Source of the DNA: Thermoanaerobaculia bacterium
GTDB taxonomy: Bacteria > Acidobacteriota > Thermoanaerobaculia > UBA5066 > Gp7-AA6
Assembly: GCA_036505535.1 (NCBI GenBank)
Contig: DASXTI010000148.1
Location: 19,345-83,344 of the forward strand
Direction: 5' to 3'
Length of the DNA stretch: 64,000 nt
In this document: positions 28,109 through 41,588 of the stretch, piece after piece
How positions within the stretch are numbered: position 1 is the stretch's first letter
Layout of the letters: every line of letters begins with the position of its first letter
Notes under the pieces: model-generated
What the model was told of the DNA's origin: nothing
Seen by the model: the letters and a program-made list of their open reading frames with translations, nothing else
The model's database searches: none
Position numbers and translations under genes: made by a program

Positions 28109-28206
28109 TGCCGATTGCCGATTGCCGATTGGCGATTGGCGATTGTGAAGCCCTCAAGGTCTTCTAAGCCTAATCGGCAATCATCAATCGGAAATCATCA
28201 ATCTGA
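28107..28206. repeat. heptamer-array inverted repeat (ATTGSCG x6 / AATCNNN x5) filling the jag-mnmE spacer
   Basis: ATTGCCG ATTGCCG ATTGCCG ATTGGCG ATTGGCG ATTGTGA - 23 nt - AATCGGC AATCATC AATCGGA AATCATC AATCTGA. The first unit overlaps the mnmE start codon (28106..28108). Confidence 0.88.
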
Positions 28207-28210
28207 TCCG

Positions 28211-28906
28211 CTACCCTCTCTTCAACCTCACCTCTACCCTCTTCAAGAACCCCTCTCCCTCACTTTCCGTCTCGACCTCCGGGTCCTCGGCCAGCGCGAG
28301 ATGGACGAGCCGCCGCTCCCACGGCGCGAGCGGCGGAAGGATCTGCGGCCGGCGCGTCCGGCGGACTTCGTCGGCCGAGTGATGCGCGAGCTCCTCCAGT
28401 GCGTCTTTGCGATGAGCGCGGAATCCTTCCGCATCCAGACGCGGATGGACGGGGGAGCCGAGGCGCTTCGACGCGATCCGGCCCACCAGAACTTCCAGTC
28501 CGGTCAACCCCTCGCCTTTGTTCGCGAGGAGGGGCTCGACGTCGTCTCCGAAGAGCTCGAACAGCATCTCGTCCTCGGCAGACTCCCGGCGGCGGATCTC
28601 GACGAGCAGCCCGGCCGCCGATAGCAGCTCGGTCAAGGTGGACTCGACCATCGCCACGGCTTCCGCGCTGGTGGAGCCGGGCAACGGCTGCTCGCGAGGC
28701 GCCCGGTCGAGCGCCTCGGAATCCTGACTCTCGATACTCGACTCTCGGCTCTCGACTCTTTCTTCCACCTCGATCTCCACGACGCGCCCGCCCCAGAAGG
28801 ATTTCTCGTCGCGGACCACCGAGTACTTGAGCTCCGAGGCCGGCCTTCCGAGAGCCCTTGCGGCGCCCTCGACCGCTTCCTGTTCCGTCTTCGCTTCGTA
28901 CCTCAT
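28211..28906 (-). CDS. jag: Jag/KhpB-type RNA-binding protein (Jag_N + KH + R3H)
   Basis: Position after yidC. The C-terminal R3H region is ..LPPLAPWERRLVHLALAEDPEVETESEGEGFLKRVEV. Confidence 0.8.
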   Translation of the reverse strand: MRYEAKTEQEAVEGAARALGRPASELKYSVVRDEKSFWGGRVVEIEVEERVESRESSIESQDSEALDRAPREQPLPGSTSAEAVAMVESTLTELLSAAGLLVEIRRRESAEDEMLFELFGDDVEPLLANKGEGLTGLEVLVGRIASKRLGSPVHPRLDAEGFRAHRKDALEELAHHSADEVRRTRRPQILPPLAPWERRLVHLALAEDPEVETESEGEGFLKRVEVRLKRG

Positions 28907-28921
28907 CGTGTTTCTCCCGGC

Positions 28922-30550
28922 CTACGCGCGCGCCTGCTTCAGCGCTTTCGCGGGCACTTTGGGGGGCGGCGCCGAGTCGTCCTTGACGATCCGGTTCATG
29001 ACGAGTTGCTGCACGATGGTCAGCAGGTTGGAAAACAGCCAGTACAGGACGAGCCCCGACGGCATGTCCTTCAGAAAGAAGCCCCAGATAACGGGCATGA
29101 ACATGAAGATCTTCTTTTGCGCTGGATCCATCGTGGAAGGGGTCATGGCCTGCTGGACGTACATCGACACGATCATGAGGATCACCAGGATGTAGCTTCC
29201 GTCGATCGCCGAAAGATCCTTGATCCACAGGAAAAACGGGGCATGCCGCAGCTCGATCGAGCGCGACAGCACGTTGTAGAAAGCCACCAGAACCGGAAGC
29301 TGCAGCAGGATCGGGAGGCATCCACTCATCGGGTTGTACCCCTCGGCCTGATAGAGCGCCATCAGCTCCGTATTCATCTTCTGCCGCTGTGCGGCGTCGC
29401 TCTTGGCCTTCTTGTACTTCTCCCGGATCGCAGTCATCTTCGGCGCGAGCTTCTGCATCTTCTTCATCGACACGTAGCTCTTGGCCGTGAGCGGGAAGAG
29501 CAGCAGCCGGATCAGAAACGTCACCACGAGGATGGCGAGGCCATAATTGCCGACGAGCCCGTATGCCTTCTTCAGCAGCCAAAGGAGCGGCCGTGCGAGG
29601 ATGCCATACCACCCGAAGTCGACGGTGCGCTCGAGCCCCAGGCCGTAGCTCTCCAGGATCGTCACGTCCTTGGGCCCGAAAAACGCGGAGCAATCCAGAA
29701 CCCCCTCTCCGGCGACTCCGGTGGCGATCTCGACACTGGGCTTTCCATCGGGACGCGGCGGCGAGAAGGAAAAGACACGCGCGACCGTCGGGGAGCGCGG
29801 CACGAGGACTTCGAGGAAGTAACTGTCCTCGATCCCGGCGAACGCCCGCGCCGGCAGGCTCCACGGGGCCGCCGTGGCGGCTTTGTCGGGCCGGATCGTC
29901 TTGAGCCCATCGGCTCCGGAAACCACTGCGGAAGCGGGCATGACGTAACGAGACGCGCGTTCGCGATCCGTCGGGTTGCGCAACCCCGGCCCGACGAGAA
30001 GGCTGTATGGCGGACCCTCGACGTCGACCTTGACCTCGAAGAGATAACCGTTGCCGATCCGGATCTCCTTGGCCACGGCGATTCCGGAGTCGGCGTAGCG
30101 AAATCGGAGGACTCGATCCGACTCTCGCTCGACGACGAACAACGCGCCGGCGACGCGCTTGGTCAGCTCGGCGTCCTTGCCGAAGTCGAGCGACAGTGGC
30201 CGCGGAAACTCCGCGGGAAGCGTCGGGACGAGCTCAAGTGGGTGCATCTGCTCATCGACGTGGCCGGTCAGGATGAAGGATTGGACGACCGCGCCGCGAT
30301 TGGAGAAGGTTGCCGTGAAGACACCGTTGGAGACCCTCGTCAGCGTCTCGGCCGACGCACTTTCGCGTGCGGGTCGAGCCTGAGCAGCCTCGACGGCGGG
30401 CGAGGGTTTCGGTGTGGCCGCCAGAGCGGCAGCGGCCGGTGTCGGTAGGGGCGCTGAGACCGGCTTTCTCGCAGGCTTGGGGGCGATCCACTCCCAGAGG
30501 AGAAGGACGACCAGCGACAGCGCCGCGGCGAGCAGAAGTCGTTTTTCCAT
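28922..30550 (-). CDS. yidC: membrane protein insertase YidC
   Basis: Start reassigned to ATG 30550 (MEKRLLLAAALSLVVLLLWEW). The C-terminal core is GILARPLLWLL...GNYGLAILVVTFLIRLLLFPL..KSYVSMKKMQKLAPKM..I.EKYK.D..K...E.M.LY...G.NP..GCLP.LLQ.P.... Confidence 0.93.
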   Translation of the reverse strand: MEKRLLLAAALSLVVLLLWEWIAPKPARKPVSAPLPTPAAAALAATPKPSPAVEAAQARPARESASAETLTRVSNGVFTATFSNRGAVVQSFILTGHVDEQMHPLELVPTLPAEFPRPLSLDFGKDAELTKRVAGALFVVERESDRVLRFRYADSGIAVAKEIRIGNGYLFEVKVDVEGPPYSLLVGPGLRNPTDRERASRYVMPASAVVSGADGLKTIRPDKAATAAPWSLPARAFAGIEDSYFLEVLVPRSPTVARVFSFSPPRPDGKPSVEIATGVAGEGVLDCSAFFGPKDVTILESYGLGLERTVDFGWYGILARPLLWLLKKAYGLVGNYGLAILVVTFLIRLLLFPLTAKSYVSMKKMQKLAPKMTAIREKYKKAKSDAAQRQKMNTELMALYQAEGYNPMSGCLPILLQLPVLVAFYNVLSRSIELRHAPFFLWIKDLSAIDGSYILVILMIVSMYVQQAMTPSTMDPAQKKIFMFMPVIWGFFLKDMPSGLVLYWLFSNLLTIVQQLVMNRIVKDDSAPPPKVPAKALKQARA

Positions 30551-30561
30551 CAGGCCATCGC

Positions 30562-30780
30562 TTATGGGACCGGATCGAGGCCGCCGCGGTGGAACGGGTG
30601 ACAGCGAACGAGTCGCCTCATCGTGAGCTTCCCCCCCGTCCACAGACCGTGGCGGAGGATCGCCTCGCGCGCATAGACCGCGCAAGTCGGCTCAAAGCGG
30701 CAGGCGCGGGGCAACAGCGGAGAGATCCACTCCTTGTAGAAATCCAGAAGCGCGACGGCGACTCGCGAGGATCCCCTCAC
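30562..30780 (-). CDS. yidD: membrane protein insertion efficiency factor YidD
   Basis: GTG at 30780 in a GTGA overlap with the rnpA stop. LLDFYKEWISPLLPRACRFEPTCAVYAREAILRHG...G..LT.RRL.RCHPFHRGG.DPVP is the YidD signature. The long upstream extension in the track is antisense-like, out-of-frame sequence. Confidence 0.8.
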   Translation of the reverse strand: MRGSSRVAVALLDFYKEWISPLLPRACRFEPTCAVYAREAILRHGLWTGGKLTMRRLVRCHPFHRGGLDPVP

Positions 30781-31157
30781 GTCGCGAGCCGCCGCGTCAG
30801 CGCTCGAGTCACGGCCGAGCGGTAGTCTTCCAAAAGCTCCTGGAAGGAGGCGTTCGCCGCCGCGGGCTTCACGTTGATCACGAGGCGTACTCCCGAGCGC
30901 CCGAAGTGCGACCGCGTGCGGCGGAAGATCTCGCGCAGCCTGCGGCGCACCCGGTTGCGGGCGACGGCCGTTCCGACGCGACGCGGCACGGAGATTCCGA
31001 GCCGCTGGCCCCCGGCCGAATCGGCCAAAAGCAGAAAGACCTGAATGTGTCGCCCGGAAACGCGCACCCCGGAGGCGTAGCACTCTTCGAATTCCCTGCG
31101 TTTGCGGAGGCGGTCGCCCCGGGAGAGAGTCTCCCGGACGGCCGGGCCCGAGTTCAC
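30777..31157 (-). CDS. rnpA: ribonuclease P protein component
   Basis: [27 protein letters not shown], ..[29 protein letters not shown] start in a GTGA overlap with the rpmH stop. Confidence 0.9.
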   Translation of the reverse strand: MNSGPAVRETLSRGDRLRKRREFEECYASGVRVSGRHIQVFLLLADSAGGQRLGISVPRRVGTAVARNRVRRRLREIFRRTRSHFGRSGVRLVINVKPAAANASFQELLEDYRSAVTRALTRRLAT

Positions 31158-31288
31158 ACCGCGAGTCTTTTGCGCCCCTTGCGCCGGCGAGCCGACAGGA
31201 TGGCGCGACCCGAGCGCGTCCGCATGCGGACGAGGAAGCCGTGGGTGCGCTTGCGGCGGCGGTTGTTCGGCTGATAGGTGCGCTTCAT
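31154..31288 (-). CDS. rpmH: 50S ribosomal protein L34
   Basis: Not in the ORF track (<60 aa). Minus-strand ATG 31288: [44 protein letters not shown], stop TGA 31156..31154. Confidence 0.95.
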   Translation of the reverse strand: MKRTYQPNNRRRKRTHGFLVRMRTRSGRAILSARRRKGRKRLAV

Positions 31289-31340
31289 AAAAGAGGGGGA
31301 ATCCTAGGGGCGGGCGGGACCGAAGTCAAGCGGTCGTGCC

Positions 31341-31426
31341 GTTCCACGTTCCATGTTCCAGGTTCCAGGACGCCGATGTTCCTGCGATATGGCTTGACCT
31401 GGAACTTGGAACCTGAAACTTGGAAC
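31341..31426. repeat. heptamer-array inverted repeat (GTTCCAN x4 / YTGRAAC x4) in the rpmH-dnaA divergent spacer
   Basis: GTTCCAC GTTCCAT GTTCCAG GTTCCAG - 30 nt - CTGGAAC TTGGAAC CTGAAAC TTGGAAC. Confidence 0.85.
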
Positions 31427-31468
31427 CTTCTTTTGGATATACTCCCGCTCCCCGGACCCCGAAGAGGC

Positions 31469-31497
31469 TTCCACAGTTGTGGAAAACTTGTGGAAAT
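31469..31497. promoter_or_regulatory. cluster of three DnaA-box-like motifs upstream of dnaA
   Basis: cTTCCACAg TTGTGGAAAAc TTGTGGAAATc. Each matches the TTATCCACA / TGTGGATAA consensus at 7-8 of 9 positions. They lie 14-42 nt upstream of the dnaA ATG. Confidence 0.6.
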
Positions 31498-31510
31498 CCG
31501 GCAGCTCGTG

Positions 31511-32830
31511 ATGACCGATATCTGGAACTCCATCCTCAAGCAGATCGAAGACAAGCTCGATCCCAAGGAGCTGAAGACTTGGTTCGGACCCACGCGCCAA
31601 GTCCAGTTCGATGACGCCGCCGGCGCGGGTGTTCTTACCGTCTCGGTTCCCTCCCGCGTCTTTGCCGACTGGATCGAGTCCAAGCACGGCGACCTGCTGT
31701 CGCGGGAGGCCGCCGCTGCCGGTTTTCCCCAACTCGAGATCCGATTCGAGTCCGGCCGCGCGGATTCCTCCCCGATGGCGAGCCCGGCAGCCGCGACTTC
31801 CGCCCCCCCGCCGCGAGGCGCCGGCAACCCGAGATTCACTTTCGACACTTTCGTCGTCGGCTCCTCCAATCAGTTCGCGCACGCCGCCGCGCGTGCGGTG
31901 GCCGAATTGCCGTCGCGCTCTTACAACCCGCTTTTCTTGTATGGCGGGGTTGGCCTGGGAAAGACCCACTTGATGCATGCGATTGCGCAGGAGATTCTGC
32001 GCCGCTCGCCCGAGATGCACGTCATGTACCTGTCGGCCGAGCGCTTCTTGAACGAGCTGATCAACGCGCTGCGGTTTGAGCGGATGCACGAGTTCAAACG
32101 GCGCTATCGCGAGCTCGACGTGCTGCTGATGGACGACATCCAGTTCATCGCGGGAAAGGACTCGACTCAGGAGGAGTTCTTTCACACCTTCAATGCGCTC
32201 CACGATGCGCAGAAGCAGATCGTCGTCACTTCCGATGCCCTGCCGAAGGAGATCCCGACGCTCGAGGAACGCCTCCGGTCGCGCTTCGAGTGGGGCTTGA
32301 TCGCCGACATCCAGCCGCCCGACCTCGAGATGAAGGTGGCGATCATTCGAAAGAAGGCGGCGGCCGAGAAGACCGAGATCCCCAACGACGTGGCGATGTT
32401 CATCGCGGGGACCGTTAAGTCCAACGTCCGGGAGCTCGAGGGACGCTTAAACCGAGTTCTGGCCTTCTCTTCCTTGACCGGAAAGCCGCTGACCGTCGAG
32501 CTTGCCCGGGAGACCCTCCGCGACATCGTCGGCACCGAGGAGCATCGGGCGGTCCCGTCCGAGATCCTCAAGGCCGTGGCCTCCCATTATGGTCTGCGGG
32601 TCTCCGACATGAAGGCGAAGTCCAACGCCAGGCCGGTGGCCTTCCCCCGCCAGGTCGCGATGTACCTCTGCCGCAAGCTCACCGACCTCTCCTATCCGGA
32701 GATCGGACGCCTCTTCAACGACAAGCATCATTCCACCGTCATGCACTCGGTCGAGAAGATCGAGCGCATGATCGAGGACGACGCCGATTTCCGCCGGGTC
32801 GTGGACGGCTTCACGCAGCCCTACCGCTGA
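31511..32830 (+). CDS. dnaA: chromosomal replication initiator protein DnaA
   Basis: Start reassigned to ATG 31511 (MTDIWNSILKQIEDKL). FTFDTFVVGSSNQFAHAAA, Walker A GGVGLGKTHLMHAI, LLMDDIQF, box VII, C-terminal HSTVMHSVEKIE. The track's upstream extension runs through the repeat element. Confidence 0.96.
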   Translation: MTDIWNSILKQIEDKLDPKELKTWFGPTRQVQFDDAAGAGVLTVSVPSRVFADWIESKHGDLLSREAAAAGFPQLEIRFESGRADSSPMASPAAATSAPPPRGAGNPRFTFDTFVVGSSNQFAHAAARAVAELPSRSYNPLFLYGGVGLGKTHLMHAIAQEILRRSPEMHVMYLSAERFLNELINALRFERMHEFKRRYRELDVLLMDDIQFIAGKDSTQEEFFHTFNALHDAQKQIVVTSDALPKEIPTLEERLRSRFEWGLIADIQPPDLEMKVAIIRKKAAAEKTEIPNDVAMFIAGTVKSNVRELEGRLNRVLAFSSLTGKPLTVELARETLRDIVGTEEHRAVPSEILKAVASHYGLRVSDMKAKSNARPVAFPRQVAMYLCRKLTDLSYPEIGRLFNDKHHSTVMHSVEKIERMIEDDADFRRVVDGFTQPYR

Positions 32831-33057
32831 CGACGTCGCCGAAGCGCCGATTTTCCGCCGCCGCGTTTTCCACACCGGCCGATGATGCACTGCAACGATG
32901 CGCCTCTGCGGAGAACGTCCGACGCGATTCACAGCAGCGACCTCGATTTTGACCCTATTTTTATTGGCTTTTCTGAGCATCGCGAACTCTTGAGCAGCCC
33001 TACAAATACGGCTAAATGTGATAGACTTTTTCCTCTATCCGGAGGTGCCTTGTTCCC
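32831..33057. other. candidate oriC segment (dnaA-dnaN spacer) with a DnaA box and AT-rich stretch
   Basis: TTTTCCACA at 32866..32874 (8/9 to consensus), weaker box-like sites, and the AT-rich run GATTTTGACCCTATTTTTATTGGCTTTTCTGAGCAT (32945..32980). Gene orientation flips around this locus. Confidence 0.5.
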
Positions 33058-34170
33058 ATGGAATTGACTGTCAAACGGGGCGACTTCTTGAATGAGTTGA
33101 CCCTGATGCAGGGAGTCGTGGAAAGGAAGAACACGATTCCGATCCTCTCCAACATCCTCTTGCGCGCGGCCGACGGACACTTGAGCTTCACCTCGACCGA
33201 TCTGGACTTGACCTTGCTGTCCCAGGCCGAGGCGAAAGTTTCGCGCCCGGGAAGCGTCACGGTTCCGGCCCGCAAGCTCTTCGACCTCATCCGAAACCTT
33301 CCGGAGTCGGAAGTTGCCCTGAAGCTGATGGACAACCATTACCTCGGGGTGACGTGTGAGCGCTCGAGTTTCCGGCTCGTGGCGCAACCGGCCGAGGACT
33401 TTCCAACGGTTCCAAAAGTCGAGGCAAAGAGGGGGGTTACATTCCCTCTCGATCTCTGGAAGCGATTGACCCGTAAGGTCTTATACGCCGTGTCGGCCGA
33501 GGAGACGCGGTTTCAGCTGATGGGCGCGCTGTTGAAGGACAAAGGAAAGGAATTCGAGCTCGTCGCAACCGACGGCCATCGGCTCGCCTTGATCGACTTC
33601 CCGAAGGAGGATGCGAAGGCTTCTTTTCCCAACGTCTTGATTCCCAAGAAGGCTCTCGCCGAGATCCTGAAGATGGATGGCGGGGCCGACGCGCACGTGG
33701 AGATCCGGCACTCGGAGAATCATCTTCTCTTCACCGTCGGAACCCGACAGTTGGTGGCGCGGCTGCTCGATGTCAACTTCCCCGACTACGAAAAAATCCT
33801 GTCGAAATCCAACGACCGCGTTGCCAAAGCGCCGACGCTCGCCTGCCAGGCGGCGGTTCGCCGCGTGGCGCTCTTTTCCTCGGAGCGCTCTCGCGGCGTC
33901 AAACTCTCCTTCGAGAAGGATCTGCTCACGGTGGCTTCGGCGAGCCAGGAGCTCGGCGAGGGCACCGAGACGCTCGATGTTTCCTTCGACGGTGAGCCGC
34001 TGTCGATCGGTCTGAACGCCCAATACCTTCTGGACTTCCTGGAAGAAGCCGAGTCCGAGAGCGTCCGACTCGAATTGAAGGACGAGAACACCCAGTGTCT
34101 CTGCCAACCCGAAGGAGGCATCGAGGGAGCCTCTCGGTATCTGTACGTGGTCATGCCCATGCGCCTCTGA
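33058..34170 (+). CDS. dnaN: DNA polymerase III subunit beta (sliding clamp)
   Basis: MELTVKRGDFLNELTLMQGVVERKNTIPILSNILL.A.DG.L.FT.TDL...., 370 aa, C-terminal YLYVVMPMRL. Confidence 0.95.
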   Translation: MELTVKRGDFLNELTLMQGVVERKNTIPILSNILLRAADGHLSFTSTDLDLTLLSQAEAKVSRPGSVTVPARKLFDLIRNLPESEVALKLMDNHYLGVTCERSSFRLVAQPAEDFPTVPKVEAKRGVTFPLDLWKRLTRKVLYAVSAEETRFQLMGALLKDKGKEFELVATDGHRLALIDFPKEDAKASFPNVLIPKKALAEILKMDGGADAHVEIRHSENHLLFTVGTRQLVARLLDVNFPDYEKILSKSNDRVAKAPTLACQAAVRRVALFSSERSRGVKLSFEKDLLTVASASQELGEGTETLDVSFDGEPLSIGLNAQYLLDFLEEAESESVRLELKDENTQCLCQPEGGIEGASRYLYVVMPMRL

Positions 34171-34187
34171 CTCTGCGAAGGGACAGC

Positions 34188-37723
<3,536 letters not shown>

Positions 37724-37732
37724 TGACCAGGT

Positions 37733-37822
37733 CGGTAGTTGGTAGTCGGTGGTCCGTAGTTCGAAGAAACGCGCTGCCGGCGGGTCCACAACGACAGACT
37801 ACAGACTACGGACTACGGACTA
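37733..37822. repeat. heptamer-array inverted repeat (YGGTAGT-type x4 / CRGACTA x4) filling the gyrB-gyrA spacer
   Basis: CGGTAGT TGGTAGT CGGTGGT CCGTAGT - 34 nt - CAGACTA CAGACTA CGGACTA CGGACTA. Same unit family as 21006..21101. Confidence 0.85.
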
Positions 37823-37826
37823 ACCC

Positions 37827-40451
<2,625 letters not shown>

Positions 40452-40524
40452 AGCTCGCCCGCCGTTTCGGGGAAGCCGGACGGAGAGGCGCCCGGCGTCC
40501 TTCGGCATATAGAATCCGCCCCTC

Positions 40525-41148
40525 ATGCGACTCTTTCTGGACAGCGCGAGTATCGAGGAGGCCCGGCGGATCAAGGATCTCGGCCTTCTCGATGGCCTCT
40601 GGCTCTCCCTGGCGAGCGCCGAGGCCATGGGCGTGGAATACCGGAAGGCCGTGCGGGAGCTGGCGGCCTTGACCGATGGGCCCGTCCTCGTCGAGACGGG
40701 CGCGGAAGATCAGAAGGGAATGTACAAAGAGGGGCGAGAGCTCGCCAAGCTCGGAAAAGACGTCGTCATCCAATTGCCGCTTCGGCCGGATGGCTTGCGC
40801 GTGGCTCGCTTGCTCGCCCAGGATCAGATCGCGACCTGCGCCTCGGGCTGCTATTCCGCCGCGCAGGCTTTGATTGCCGCGAAGGCGAATGTCAGCTACC
40901 TGGCGCCCTCGGTCGGGCCACTCGACGAGGTCGGCTCGATCGGCATGGACTTAGTCGAGCAGATCATTCGCGTCTTCGACAATTACGGCTTCCAGACTCA
41001 GATCGTGGTCTCCGAGGTCCGCAATCCGATTCACGTCTTGGACGCCGCATTGATGGGAGCCGATGTGGCAGCCCTGCCGGGTGAGGTTCTCGAGCAGCTT
41101 CTGCGGCATCCGTTTTCCGAGGACCTTCGTCGAGGGAGACCGTCGTGA
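40525..41148 (+). CDS. transaldolase/Fsa-family (type 3B) homolog lacking the catalytic residues (probable pseudoenzyme)
   Basis: MRLFLDSASIEEARRIKDLGLLDG.. aligns with M.FF.DTAN.EEI.....G...GVTTNPSL. However, TTNPS is replaced by LWLSL, the Schiff-base Lys motif V(K)IP reads VIQLP, and SPF.GR.DD reads APSVGPLDE. Confidence 0.6.
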   Translation: MRLFLDSASIEEARRIKDLGLLDGLWLSLASAEAMGVEYRKAVRELAALTDGPVLVETGAEDQKGMYKEGRELAKLGKDVVIQLPLRPDGLRVARLLAQDQIATCASGCYSAAQALIAAKANVSYLAPSVGPLDEVGSIGMDLVEQIIRVFDNYGFQTQIVVSEVRNPIHVLDAALMGADVAALPGEVLEQLLRHPFSEDLRRGRPS

Positions 41149-41411
41149 AGGCCTCGGCGGATCGCATCCTTTACCTCTCCCGCGTCATTCTGAAGACCCT
41201 CAAGGAAAACCGGAATCTCGAGCCGAAGTCCGATGAGGAGACGGCGCGGCGCGCCGCGGTCCGAGAGCTTACCGAAGGCTACGCGGAGCTCGAAGCCATC
41301 GAGGAAAAAGTCAGGGCCTCGCTCGCGCGGCGCAAGTCCATCTCGGAAAGCGAACGGGAATTTCTCTTTTCGAGAGCCCTCGAGGCAGAACTCCGAAAAC
41401 ACGGCGCATAG
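41145..41411 (+). CDS. small charged helical protein, unknown function
   Basis: 88 aa, GTG start in a GTGA overlap with the upstream stop. MKASADRILYLSRVILKTLKEN... Family not confidently recognised. Confidence 0.5.
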   Translation: MKASADRILYLSRVILKTLKENRNLEPKSDEETARRAAVRELTEGYAELEAIEEKVRASLARRKSISESEREFLFSRALEAELRKHGA

Positions 41412-41531
41412 GTTCTCGATTTTCTCCCGCCGAGTTGTTGAATTCTACGGTAGTTTTCTATTAACTGTCTGTATTTAAATCAAGTTATTAAACATAAACT
41501 ACGGAATATGGAAGACCCTGCTGACGGCTGA
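41412..41531. promoter_or_regulatory. most AT-rich spacer of the window, with an inverted repeat; probable promoter/operator of the MocR-pdxST unit
   Basis: cTACGGTAGTTTTctattaactgtctgtatttaaatcaagttattaaacATAAACTACGGAat. CGGTAGTTT (41445..41457 region) and its near-complement AAACTACGG (41494..41505 region) flank a 36-nt AT-rich core. Confidence 0.45.
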
Positions 41532-41588
41532 GTGGGCTGCGATACAATTGGCTCGATGGTAGGCCAATTGGGTCTAGACCGGATAACG

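Noticed and set aside
28107-28206. Whether the tandem short repeats could be CRISPR arrays
   Set aside because: The units are only 7 nt, directly abutting with no spacers, arranged as inverted arms of about 30-40 nt. No cas genes are present.
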